A stretch of 64,000 nt of DNA from a virus (taxonomy: Duplodnaviria; Caudoviricetes): positions 1-64,000 of IMG/VR virus record IMGVR_UViG_3300017933_000003. One strand, given 5' to 3'. Positions 24,030 through 33,054 of the stretch are shown piece after piece. The notes beneath the pieces are model-generated. The model was given only the letters and a program-made list of their open reading frames with translations. It searched no databases and was not told where the DNA came from. Within the stretch, counting starts at the first letter, position 1; every line of letters starts with the position of its first letter. The translations under genes and the position numbers were made by a program.

Positions 24030-25706
24030 ATGGATACGGTTGCTAAATTCTTAATCGAATATCTTTATTCTAAAAATATAGATACGTATTTTGGAATACC
24101 GGGCGGACCTATTGGTTATTTATTTGATGCTCTATATAGAACTTCCGGCACGACTTTAATAGAGTCTAGACACGAAACGGCAGCCTTGTTTGAAGCTATT
24201 GGATATTATAAAACTACTGGAAAAATTCCTGTTGTATTAGTGACAGCGGGTCCAGGCATTACCAATTCATTAACGGGTATGGCTTCCGCTAAAGCTTTGC
24301 GTGTCCCAGTGTTACTTCTTTGTGGTGATACGGCTTGGGAAAAACAAAATCATATTCTTTTGCAGACGGGCGGTCCCGAAGGGATTGATATTGAAAGAAC
24401 TTTTGCGCCCCATACCGATCACATTATTAGACATCATAACCCGATCGATGTGGTGCAAGAGATAGCTAATCTCCTAAATACTAGAAACAATCTATCTCCT
24501 TCTATTTGCGTTTTGCCACATAATATTAGTAGTGCAAGAGTAAAGAAACCTATTGTGAGTGATGTAATTTGTAAATCAAATTACAAAGGCAGCCACTCCC
24601 GAATAGATAAAAAAATTCTGCAACACATCGCTTCTTTTTTGCAAGAAGCTACGCATCCGTTAGTGGTGGTGGGATATGGTGCTCGCACCTCCGTAAAAGA
24701 AGTTACTCAATTCATTAGTAATGTTGAGGTGCCGTTCGTTACCACACCGCAAGCTAAAGGATTAATTTCTGAAACTCATAAATTATCTTTGCGCCATGCT
24801 GGGATTGGAGCTTCACAGTGGGCACGAAAGTATATTAAAAATACGCCTGATGTGGTGATAGCTCTGGGCACCGACCTAGATGATTGTGCTGTTGGCACTA
24901 CAGAGTTTATTGGTAAAAAGACCAAATTAATTCATATTGACATTAATAGCCGAGTTTTTAATCGTAAATATAAAACCGAAATTGCCATCCAGTCTAGTAT
25001 TAAAAACTTTTGCCAAGAATGGAAAAAATTAAAGTATAAAAATTCCACTAATCAATGTATTGATTTGGAACATTTGAAAAATGGTTCCGCTTTTGATGTT
25101 CCCTATTTTAAAAAAGATAATAGTTTACCTATAGCGCCGCATCGTGTTTTAGGAGATTTAGAAGATTCATGTCCTCCCAATGTTAGATTTGTTACTGATA
25201 TTGGAGAACATATGTTATTTAGTGTACATTACCTAACTATTAAAGAAGAAAATCAATTTTCTATCGATTTAGGATTAGGTTCTATGGGATCGGGCATTTG
25301 CCAATCTATTGGTATGTGTTTAGGAGATAGAAGACCTACTATTTGTATTTGTGGTGACGGTTGTTTCCAAATGCATGGTATGGAAATCTTAACTGCTATT
25401 AAGCACAAACTTCCTATTATTTTTGTCATTTTTAATGATGCTCGCTATAATATGGTGAGTTATGGTTTTCAGTTTTCCTTTGGATTAAAGCGATCACCGG
25501 GGCAAACCGATATTATTGATTTTGTTAAGATAGGCGAAGCTTTAGGAATTAAAAGTCTTCGTATTGAAGAGGGTGGTAAAATTAATGCACCCATGATCAA
25601 ATCATTATTTGATAATGCTCCTTGTCTTTTGGATGTTCGCATAAATAAAGATATTCATATTAAAGGTGCCGGTCGTAATGAAGTGTTAAAACAGATGGGG
25701 GAATAA
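24030..25706 (+). CDS. thiamine pyrophosphate-dependent enzyme (acetolactate/acyloin synthase family)
   Basis: FGIPGG, RHETAA, VTAGPGITN, DIGEHM, GSMG and GDGCFQM...NDARYNMV motifs; AGGGAG RBS. Confidence 0.9.
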   Translation: MDTVAKFLIEYLYSKNIDTYFGIPGGPIGYLFDALYRTSGTTLIESRHETAALFEAIGYYKTTGKIPVVLVTAGPGITNSLTGMASAKALRVPVLLLCGDTAWEKQNHILLQTGGPEGIDIERTFAPHTDHIIRHHNPIDVVQEIANLLNTRNNLSPSICVLPHNISSARVKKPIVSDVICKSNYKGSHSRIDKKILQHIASFLQEATHPLVVVGYGARTSVKEVTQFISNVEVPFVTTPQAKGLISETHKLSLRHAGIGASQWARKYIKNTPDVVIALGTDLDDCAVGTTEFIGKKTKLIHIDINSRVFNRKYKTEIAIQSSIKNFCQEWKKLKYKNSTNQCIDLEHLKNGSAFDVPYFKKDNSLPIAPHRVLGDLEDSCPPNVRFVTDIGEHMLFSVHYLTIKEENQFSIDLGLGSMGSGICQSIGMCLGDRRPTICICGDGCFQMHGMEILTAIKHKLPIIFVIFNDARYNMVSYGFQFSFGLKRSPGQTDIIDFVKIGEALGIKSLRIEEGGKINAPMIKSLFDNAPCLLDVRINKDIHIKGAGRNEVLKQMGE

Positions 25707-25708
25707 AG

Positions 25709-26773
25709 ATGGCTAAAATAATAGGATTAGGAAGATTCTTTCCAGAAAAAGTAAGAAAAAATTCGGATTGGAGTCCTGAATTGATTAAATCGTTTCAAGA
25801 TCATCTCAAGAGGGATTTATTAGATATTGTTGATCACGGTCTTCACAAAGATATAGATCAATTTTCTCTAGATAATATCCAAAGAGAAAAATCGGATCCG
25901 TTTCTTGGAGCTAGTGAAAGAAGAGTAGTTTCAGATCATATGACTTCTTATGATTTAGATTTTGAAGTAAGTAAAATTGCTATTCAAGGTTTTGATCCCG
26001 AAAATATAGGTGCCGCCTTTTCTTACTCATTTATGCCTGATCGAATTGGTTTACCTTCGGCGGGTGTAGTTGCCAACCTCTTAGGAATGAAAAATGCCTT
26101 CGGTTGTCATATTGAAACTGCCTGTTCATCGCAAATACTTCAAATTAAATTAGCTACCGCTTTAGTGGATTCTGGGGTAGTATCCGGAGTGCTCTTAATG
26201 GCTTCCAACCTTATGACTCGTGGTTTACTGATGGGACACCCCGCCTCTCCTGGTATTGGCGATGCCGCCACAGCAATTCTAATTGGACCAGATACTAACG
26301 AAGGACATAAAATCATCAACACTTTTAGCCGCACCCATGGGGAATATAAAGATGCCGTGGTGTGGAGAAGAAAACATGATGAGAATCAAAATTGGTGGAA
26401 ATCTGGGGGAGATTTTTATTTAGGAAGCTATGATAGTGACAAGGCTCGTGAGTTAGTGCAAATCACTGCCAAGTGCGGCGCAGACACTATTTCGTCTGCC
26501 TTGCAAGAGGTAGGAATGTCTGTTAAGGATTTGAATTTTGTTGTATCGGTTCAGCCTCGAAAATGGATCAATACAGCTATCACTCGACTCTTGGGTATGC
26601 CGGATGAAAATTCTATCGAAACCTACGAGCAGTATGCTCACATTGGCTGCTGTGGTCCGGTGGTCAATTTGATTGAAGCCGATCTACAAGGTAAGATTAA
26701 AAAGGGTGATGTAGTTGCTTTGTATGCTCAAGGTGCTGGATTTACTAGAAGCGCTTCGATTATTGAGTGGTAA
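25709..26773 (+). CDS. 3-oxoacyl-ACP synthase III (FabH)-like condensing enzyme
   Basis: IIGLGRFFP...VRKN, ETACSS catalytic Cys, GDAATAILIG and GAGFT motifs. Confidence 0.85.
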   Translation: MAKIIGLGRFFPEKVRKNSDWSPELIKSFQDHLKRDLLDIVDHGLHKDIDQFSLDNIQREKSDPFLGASERRVVSDHMTSYDLDFEVSKIAIQGFDPENIGAAFSYSFMPDRIGLPSAGVVANLLGMKNAFGCHIETACSSQILQIKLATALVDSGVVSGVLLMASNLMTRGLLMGHPASPGIGDAATAILIGPDTNEGHKIINTFSRTHGEYKDAVVWRRKHDENQNWWKSGGDFYLGSYDSDKARELVQITAKCGADTISSALQEVGMSVKDLNFVVSVQPRKWINTAITRLLGMPDENSIETYEQYAHIGCCGPVVNLIEADLQGKIKKGDVVALYAQGAGFTRSASIIEW

Positions 26774-26775
26774 TT

Positions 26776-27585
26776 ATGTTCACTTTTATGCTATTAATAT
26801 TAGCACTTCTTACTCCCTCCCCGCAACCTAAGGTAATACTGGTTACTATTGATGGAGTAATGTGGCAAGATATTTACAGCAGTAATGCTCGGTTAATTGT
26901 TCCTAATTTGTATCTTGATTTTGTGCAGCAGGGAATTGCGGTTGGTAAAATGTCTCCCATGTTTGCCGCTGGTCCCATGCATATTTCTTTGCCTGGTTAT
27001 TTAGAGATTACTCGAGGACATCCTTCCAAAGATTGCCAACGTAACGATTGTCATCCCACTATCGATAGAAGTATTTTTCAGCTTTTTTCAAGCTCCGCGT
27101 TCTTTGCGTCATGGAAAACCATCCAGCGCACCATTCCTGCTAATGTCAACGTTTATACTGACAATGGTCCTCAATATCGTTGGGATGTAAATACCATCAG
27201 TATAGCTGATGAGTATCTTAAGACCAACACCCCAGAGTTTTTGTGGGTGGCTCTTGGAGACACTGATGAATGGGCGCATGCCAATGATCATACACGCTAT
27301 TTGGCGGCTCTCACTGCTGCTGATAAATATATTCGTTCCTTGGTAGTCAGATATCCTAATACCACTATTATCGTGACCACCGATCATGGTCGTAGCAGTA
27401 ATTTTCGAGACCATGGAATAGATTCTGCTTCAGGAAGAGTGTGGTTGATGATGCGTGGTCCCAGTGTTCCACATAAAGGTTTGGTTGCTGCTAACTATTT
27501 GAGTCTTTCTAATATTTATGATACAATGTCAGAGATACAGTCTGGAAATCATTCGAATAATTCTATTCTTACAAGGATTCAATGA
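26776..27585 (+). CDS. alkaline phosphatase superfamily metalloenzyme with N-terminal signal
   Basis: VILVTIDG, SLPGY, DTDEWAH and VTTDHG motifs. Confidence 0.8.
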   Translation: MFTFMLLILALLTPSPQPKVILVTIDGVMWQDIYSSNARLIVPNLYLDFVQQGIAVGKMSPMFAAGPMHISLPGYLEITRGHPSKDCQRNDCHPTIDRSIFQLFSSSAFFASWKTIQRTIPANVNVYTDNGPQYRWDVNTISIADEYLKTNTPEFLWVALGDTDEWAHANDHTRYLAALTAADKYIRSLVVRYPNTTIIVTTDHGRSSNFRDHGIDSASGRVWLMMRGPSVPHKGLVAANYLSLSNIYDTMSEIQSGNHSNNSILTRIQ

Positions 27586-28178
27586 AGACAACAATTATTA
27601 ATTTATATGGTGGTCCGGGTTGTGGTAAAAGTACCTCAGCAGCCTATCTTTTTTATCTATTGAAATGCGCAGGAGAAAATGCCGAATTAGTTAGAGAATA
27701 TGTCAAGGATTGGGCATATGAATCTCGTAAGTTTTCTGCTTATGACGAAATCTATTTTTTGGGTAAACAAGTGCGCCATGAAAGTATGTTGTTCGGTAAA
27801 GTAGATTACATTGTCACCGACGCTCCAGTGTACATGACAGCCTACTATGCTTCCATCTATTGCAGTCCCACTCTGGCTAAAGGTGTTAAGGCTACTGCCC
27901 AAGCTTTCTATCAGCAGGTAGCCGAGGATGGTCATCAGCATCTGCACATCATGTTGAATCGTATTCGACCCTATGCTCAAGAGGGTCGATATCAAAACGA
28001 AAGCCAAGCTCATGCGGTCGACGATGGTGTAGGAGATATGCTGCGCACCCAAGGTATTAGTTTTATTCTTGCCGATCCCAGCGAAGAATCTTTACGGAGA
28101 GCGCTGGAGCATTGTAAAAAAATGCGCCACAACGCCGGCATGTTAGATTCTGCCCGAACCCTTGACACGGAATCGTAG
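27582..28178 (+). CDS. P-loop kinase (NadR-type / thymidylate-kinase-like)
   Basis: INLYGGPGCGKST; VREYVK; IVTDAP. Confidence 0.75.
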   Translation: MKTTIINLYGGPGCGKSTSAAYLFYLLKCAGENAELVREYVKDWAYESRKFSAYDEIYFLGKQVRHESMLFGKVDYIVTDAPVYMTAYYASIYCSPTLAKGVKATAQAFYQQVAEDGHQHLHIMLNRIRPYAQEGRYQNESQAHAVDDGVGDMLRTQGISFILADPSEESLRRALEHCKKMRHNAGMLDSARTLDTES

Positions 28179-28189
28179 AAGATTACCTT
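28162..28189 (+). promoter_or_regulatory. sigma70-like promoter
   Basis: CCCTTGACA-16 nt-TACCTT. Confidence 0.45.
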
Positions 28190-28195
28190 ACTTCC

Positions 28196-28615
28196 ATGAT
28201 CGACTCTCTAAAAGACCTGGGAATTACCGGGGAAGAAGAAATAGAACAGCTTAATCTCATCTTCCAAGAGAAGCTAGGAATTAGCTTTAATCAAATGGTA
28301 GGGATGTTAGAAACCGTTTTGATCCAGCGAGCCGATGAGGTAGCGTCGGATTTTCTGGTGATGACTGCTTTTGGAGATTACGGTAAGCTGTTAGAAGACC
28401 AACCAAAAATGGCGCAATTTTTGCGTCAAGAAGCTTCTCAAAAAGATAATTGGAAGCTAACCTATGTTGGTTCCAGTCGCGACCCTCAGTTGCCCAACAT
28501 GATTGAAGTATTGTTTGGTAACATAGCGGTGGATGAGGGAGAGTCTTTAAAAGGTTATGTTTTCCTAAATTATGCTGGCAAAATTCTTCATGTCTTTGTG
28601 CAAGGTGATCCTTAA
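28196..28615 (+). CDS. hypothetical protein
   Basis: 139-aa ORF. Confidence 0.6.
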   Translation: MIDSLKDLGITGEEEIEQLNLIFQEKLGISFNQMVGMLETVLIQRADEVASDFLVMTAFGDYGKLLEDQPKMAQFLRQEASQKDNWKLTYVGSSRDPQLPNMIEVLFGNIAVDEGESLKGYVFLNYAGKILHVFVQGDP

Positions 28616-28650
28616 ACCTGCGCATTTCTTGATGTAATACATACACTAAT

Positions 28651-28733
28651 GGGTCCGTCGTCTAGTGGCTATGACAGCGGTCTTTTAAACCGTCGCTTCG
28701 GCATCGTGGGTTCGAGTCCCACCGGACCTACCA
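28651..28733 (+). tRNA. tRNA-Lys(UUU) with a class II-type variable arm
   Basis: GGGTCCG/CGGACCT+ACCA; GCGGT-CTTTTAA-ACCGT; variable arm C-GC-TTCG-GC-ATC. Confidence 0.85.
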
Positions 28734-28749
28734 TTTAAAGAAAGTAATT

Positions 28750-28959
28750 ATGAATTGGCTGCAAAAACTATTTCATTTTCATCAATGGGAGAAGACTTAT
28801 AGTTATACTTCTTTGAGGGATGCGTTTGCTAATCCGCCTGGAGTAATAGATCGTTCTGGCATCGTGACCATCGGTGAGAAGTGTTTTTGCGGTGAGACTC
28901 GTAGTAAAATGACGGTTTACGCTAAAGATGGTCGTGTTGAAAAAGAGTCTATTATCTAA
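28750..28959 (+). CDS. hypothetical protein
   Basis: 69-aa ORF. Confidence 0.5.
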   Translation: MNWLQKLFHFHQWEKTYSYTSLRDAFANPPGVIDRSGIVTIGEKCFCGETRSKMTVYAKDGRVEKESII

Positions 28960-29027
28960 AAGAAAACTTTGCCAATAAAGCGGTATATTTGTGTAGGGAT
29001 TTGAAGTCCTTAAAATAGGAGATAATC

Positions 29028-29213
29028 ATGTCTAGTTTTTTGCTCTTTGTAATGGTTGCCGCAATCTTTGTGCATACTTTTCTCAATTTCCTTTTGGGAG
29101 TATATTCCAAGGTAGTCTCTAAGGCTTCCGGAGTGGGCGCTGCTGTTTATTCCGTGGAAGAATTCTTCGCCAAGATTTTTGCTGGAGTGTTCAACTGGTT
29201 TAAACACCTCTAA
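29028..29213 (+). CDS. small membrane protein
   Basis: AGGAG RBS; hydrophobic N-terminus. Confidence 0.55.
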   Translation: MSSFLLFVMVAAIFVHTFLNFLLGVYSKVVSKASGVGAAVYSVEEFFAKIFAGVFNWFKHL

Positions 29214-29274
29214 AATTCCGATTAGGAATTAATCAATAGAGCATGAACTTGAATGGGCAGGCTCTATCTAAGCT

Positions 29275-29712
29275 ATGAAAGTAATTAGCTATTTATTTTT
29301 CTATTTATTATTTTTAGTTATCTTTATTGGGTGGTTGCCCCAAGATAATTTTAATATAATAGCCAATATAATGACCAATTTTATTTCTAGTGGATTTACT
29401 TTGATTAGTGTCTTAACCCTCTTATGTGCTTTTATACCAGTGATAATCAACCTATTTACTTTTCCATCAGCCTGTGATGATGTATTGGATGATCAATTTT
29501 TTTATGGATCATCCCCTCAAACAAATTGGAGTTCCCTTTCTGATAAAAGAATTGATGGCGGTATTCATGTGATAGCTTTTTGGTGGCTCCGTCATAAAAA
29601 GATTATACAGGGTGAGAGGCGCGCTTATTGGGCAGGTCCCAACTATAAAAAATATCGAGATAAACAAAATAAAAAATGGGAGAAATTTAATTCTCCGCCC
29701 AGTGCTCGATAG
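29275..29712 (+). CDS. membrane protein
   Basis: two hydrophobic segments. Confidence 0.5.
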   Translation: MKVISYLFFYLLFLVIFIGWLPQDNFNIIANIMTNFISSGFTLISVLTLLCAFIPVIINLFTFPSACDDVLDDQFFYGSSPQTNWSSLSDKRIDGGIHVIAFWWLRHKKIIQGERRAYWAGPNYKKYRDKQNKKWEKFNSPPSAR

Positions 29713-30187
29713 CATGACAGTTGCAACATAAGACTTCAAGATTATCATCCGCATCGTTCATGCGATTACGATCTTTATGATGAACGATGATAGCCGCTTC
29801 GTGTTTGTCATAGCCGCAACGTTCACATTTTTTAGGACGCCCATCCGTAAAAAATACTTTACGACGATATGTATTATCAGCTCGACCTTTGCCATAATGG
29901 GGTGGCATAATTTCTTGAATACCGCCGACACGTTGAGCGGTGTCTTTGTGTTCGCGACAACAAAAGTAAAGTTTTGATTTAGATGCGGCTTGTCTTGATA
30001 GATTTAAGTAAAACCCTTTATTACAATAAGCGCACTTGACATTTGGTTCTGGTGGTATTATATTTTTGCTCTTGTATTCTCCGGAACATTTTCGAGAACA
30101 AAATTTTCCAAAACCCCTTTTAATTTCCTTGTTTTCGATATAAGTTTCTTTTCCGCAGTTCAAGCAGTTAATCTTTGTTGTAGCCAT
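29687..30187 (-). CDS. HNH endonuclease with zinc fingers
   Basis: CLNC, FCSRKC, CERCG...IVHHKDRNRMN...NLEVLCCNCH; start placed at ATG 30187. Confidence 0.8.
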   Translation of the reverse strand: MATTKINCLNCGKETYIENKEIKRGFGKFCSRKCSGEYKSKNIIPPEPNVKCAYCNKGFYLNLSRQAASKSKLYFCCREHKDTAQRVGGIQEIMPPHYGKGRADNTYRRKVFFTDGRPKKCERCGYDKHEAAIIVHHKDRNRMNDADDNLEVLCCNCHAIEHWAEN

Positions 30188-30268
30188 AGTGGAAATACCT
30201 TTCTTTGGGCAAAGTCGCCCTATTCCACTATAACAATATATGCATAGCTTGTTATAAGTATTAATAAC

Positions 30269-30342
30269 GGGGCGCGAGTAGGATACGAATACGGCACGCT
30301 TGCACCGTGCAAGACGGGGAGGGTAACCCCGGCGCTCCACCA
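30269..30342 (+). tRNA. tRNA-Ala(UGC) with a non-canonical T-loop
   Basis: GGGGCGC/GCGCTCC with G3:U70; GCACG-CTTGCAC-CGTGC; T-loop AGGGTAA. Confidence 0.8.
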
Positions 30343-30352
30343 ACAAAGTTAT

Positions 30353-30426
30353 GGGGTCGTGATATAACGCGATTATGGATCCTCGGCAGGGATCTCACAC
30401 GGGTTGGACTCCCGTCGACTCCACCA
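30353..30426 (+). tRNA. tRNA-Ala(GGC), divergent
   Basis: GGGGTCG/CGACTCC with G3:U70; GATCC-TCGGCAG-GGATC; weak D arm. Confidence 0.72.
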
Positions 30427-30498
30427 TAACTCGCAGTAAGCCATTTCAGTGATCACATTTTGGCTTACTTGATCGAGTAAAATCTTGAGCTGATATAT

Positions 30499-30649
30499 AC
30501 AGCCAGCAAGTCCTAGACATGACTTGAATTCGGAAACTGTCTGGTTATACCCTGCAATTTCGAAATAATCCTTGCTGGCTGTCTTATCGCAGCGCTGAAA
30601 CGAAGAGCTGGCATAGACAAGGAACCAAGTGAAAGTCTTGGGCAGGGTA
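30499..30649 (+). promoter_or_regulatory. structured 5' leader with a potential pseudoknot over the RBS
   Basis: 12-bp ACAGCCAGCAAG/CTTGCTGGCTGT stem; TACCCTGC (30548) complementary to GCAGGGTA (30642). Confidence 0.45.
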
Positions 30650-30653
30650 CCAT

Positions 30654-31046
30654 ATGGATAATAAGAAACCCGTAACAACTACCACGCTCACGCTGGGACA
30701 AAGGTTCGCAGATTGGGTGGCACAAATTGTTCGTTCTTGGTTTTTTGTTGTTTGTCAAATCATCTTCATTGCGGGGTGGATTTGGTGGGTGCACCATTTC
30801 CCATCTACCACTTTAGATAATCATTCTTATGATATATTGAGATTGATTCTCACTATTGAATCCTCTTTCATTGGTTCCATTATCTTGATGAGTCAACATC
30901 GACAATCAGAAAGGGATCGACGTATCATTTATAATGACTATATTCTCGATCATCGCATTTATAAAGAGGTGCGAGAAATTCGCCCGATGGTGGAAGATAT
31001 CCACAAGAAAACAGGAGAATGTCTGAACCAACCTGGCAATAATTAA
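30654..31046 (+). CDS. DUF1003-like membrane protein
   Basis: LGQRFADWVAQIVRSWFF...LILTIES...IILMSQHRQ. Confidence 0.75.
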   Translation: MDNKKPVTTTTLTLGQRFADWVAQIVRSWFFVVCQIIFIAGWIWWVHHFPSTTLDNHSYDILRLILTIESSFIGSIILMSQHRQSERDRRIIYNDYILDHRIYKEVREIRPMVEDIHKKTGECLNQPGNN

Positions 31047-31061
31047 GAATAATGGGTATAT

Positions 31062-31135
31062 TCGGGTGTCGTCCAATGGTAGGACCGCAGACTTTGAATC
31101 TGTTTACGGGAGTTCGATCCTCTCCACCCGAACCA
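31062..31135 (+). tRNA. tRNA-Gln(UUG)
   Basis: cloverleaf; loop CTTTGAA; CCA. Confidence 0.9.
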
Positions 31136-31139
31136 TTAT

Positions 31140-31213
31140 TGGGGACTAACACAATGGTAGTGTGAACGACTCTGACTCGTTTTATGGGAGTTCGATCCTC
31201 TCGTCCCCAACCA
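31140..31213 (+). tRNA. tRNA-Gln(CUG)
   Basis: cloverleaf; loop CTCTGAC; CCA. Confidence 0.9.
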
Positions 31214-31224
31214 TATAAAAATTA

Positions 31225-31301
31225 TGCAGATGAGAGAAACGGTTTCCTCGCGAGGTTCATACCCTTGAGACATCAGGTTCGACTCCTGCTATCTGCTACC
31301 A
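31225..31301 (+). tRNA. tRNA-Met(CAU), possibly initiator-like
   Basis: CGAGG-TTCATAC-CCTTG; unpaired 1:72; CCA. Confidence 0.75.
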
Positions 31302-31335
31302 CGAAGTTCAGTGAATTATTTGGCATCACTGAACC

Positions 31336-31656
31336 ATGTTTCAAGTTTGGTCTAAAGTCAAAGTCATAGCTTCCGATCTTGTTGGTGATTCTAACACCAA
31401 ATATTATGGAAATGCGAAGCTTGCAATAATCAGTTATAGTACTGGAACATTTAGACGCGTCGGATCTTCTGGATTTTCTAGAAAGAGACTTACTTTAAGG
31501 ATGAGAAAATCTGAGTTCAAATTCCATAATAGTCAAGAGGCTAGATTTGAAATTTACACTCCTGATGAGGAATTTCTAATTACTAGGTGGGGCGCAGTTG
31601 TTCAAGCATATAGGAACACTGTGATAGTAGAGTTGGAGCCAGTTAATTTATATTAA
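31336..31656 (+). CDS. hypothetical protein
   Basis: 106-aa ORF. Confidence 0.55.
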   Translation: MFQVWSKVKVIASDLVGDSNTKYYGNAKLAIISYSTGTFRRVGSSGFSRKRLTLRMRKSEFKFHNSQEARFEIYTPDEEFLITRWGAVVQAYRNTVIVELEPVNLY

Positions 31657-32376
31657 ACCAATAGACCGATAACTATAGTATCGAATAATGGACTTTGCTT
31701 TATTTTGCTTCCTGTTAAGAACTATTTTATATTTCCCACCATAAATTTGTTCGGCAAATTTTTTACAATGCTGCCCTCCTATAGACATTTGGTATAGTTG
31801 ATTTTTGGCGGTGATTATATCTCCATTCATCATTTTATGATCTTGCATTTTTACTTCGTAAATATGAGACATGATATCATATGTTTCTAATAATGTTTTT
31901 TGCATCGAATATATAAATGATTTACTGGCAGAATATAATTGTGCCCTTGGTTCTAAATATCCGTTTGATCTATGAGAGAGTGAGATAGAACCATCTCCAT
32001 CCCAGCATCCTCGAATAAAGTCAGACAAATAAATATTAGGTAATTGTGGAAATTGAACAGTTAATGTTTTATTAGGAGTACAATTGTTAGCAACTAACCA
32101 TTCTCCTATTTTAGTGTTATGTAATCTAAGTCGTAAACATTTGCTATTTGTAGCAGGAACTAAAGGTAAATTTTTCCCACATAATTTAGATAGTTTTTTA
32201 ATCCAATTATGATCTGCAGATTTTAGTTCACAGCTATAATAGATTTTATCAATAGAGTGTGATTTTTGATATGAGACATTTCCGTCAGTAATAAAAACAC
32301 CTAGCAAATAATATGAAATGTCATTTTCGTTTGTAAATGATTTTATGTTATAAATAAATTTATTATTATTTGTCAT
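31648..32376 (-). CDS. LAGLIDADG homing endonuclease
   Basis: YLLGVFITDGNV and FIRGCWDGDGS. Confidence 0.85.
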   Translation of the reverse strand: MTNNNKFIYNIKSFTNENDISYYLLGVFITDGNVSYQKSHSIDKIYYSCELKSADHNWIKKLSKLCGKNLPLVPATNSKCLRLRLHNTKIGEWLVANNCTPNKTLTVQFPQLPNIYLSDFIRGCWDGDGSISLSHRSNGYLEPRAQLYSASKSFIYSMQKTLLETYDIMSHIYEVKMQDHKMMNGDIITAKNQLYQMSIGGQHCKKFAEQIYGGKYKIVLNRKQNKAKSIIRYYSYRSIGLI

Positions 32377-32420
32377 ATTCCGTTCTCCTGGACCATATAC
32401 TAATATATCGTCATATTAGC

Positions 32421-32963
32421 ATGACAGGAGAAAATAAATTCAAAGTGTATGGACCGTACCGTCGTCAGTCTGATGGTCGTTCTATTGTTGTCGTAGTTGA
32501 TGATAATGGTGATACGCAAACTATTTCCTACCCAAAATGGTTGTTGGAAATGCAATTGGGACGTAAATTAGATCCCAATACCGAGACCGTGGATCACTGG
32601 GACTCTAATAAAGAGAACAATGATTTATCTAATCTTCGTATTGTTCCTCGTGAAGAGCATTCTGCTAATGATACGCGTCGAGTCAAACCTGTCAAATTTA
32701 ATTGTGCTTGGTGTAAAAAGGAATTTGAAAGGTCTCCTCGTTTAGTGAGAGATAAGGCTCGCAAAAATAAAGCGGGCCCCTTCTGTTCTAGGAAGTGTGC
32801 GGGTCAATATAGCCGCAAGTTACAACTCAAACTGATCGATAAGTTTGATACACAACCAGTTGTAGATAGTGAATATTACAAGAAGAAATATGTTAAAGCT
32901 TACGCTCCGCTGATTAGTAGTGATGATTTGATTGATTATTTGTGCGACGTGTGGGACGAGTAA
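32421..32963 (+). CDS. HNH endonuclease
   Basis: ETVDHWDSNKENNDLSNLRIVPREEH; CAWC, FCSRKC; start ATG 32421. Confidence 0.8.
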   Translation: MTGENKFKVYGPYRRQSDGRSIVVVVDDNGDTQTISYPKWLLEMQLGRKLDPNTETVDHWDSNKENNDLSNLRIVPREEHSANDTRRVKPVKFNCAWCKKEFERSPRLVRDKARKNKAGPFCSRKCAGQYSRKLQLKLIDKFDTQPVVDSEYYKKKYVKAYAPLISSDDLIDYLCDVWDE

Positions 32964-32982
32964 TTTTACAAAATCGTCGCCC

Positions 32983-33010
32983 TTGACTCCGTCCCCGGAA
33001 TGATTATATT
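32983..33010 (+). promoter_or_regulatory. sigma70-like promoter
   Basis: CCCTTGACT-16 nt-TATATT. Confidence 0.55.
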
Positions 33011-33054
33011 TTCGATGTATTTAATTGATTCTCATTTTTCAAAAGGAATAAACC

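Noticed and set aside
30269-30426. tmRNA (GGGG start, G3:U70, CCACCA end)
   Set aside because: Both elements close within 74 nt and have anticodon arms (UGC and GGC). No tag reading frame lies between the acceptor strands, so they are Ala tRNAs.
30583-30650. c-di-AMP (ydaO) or SAM-I riboswitch (CGCTGAA, TTATC, GGAACC)
   Set aside because: Only isolated words match; the downstream conserved blocks of those aptamers are absent.
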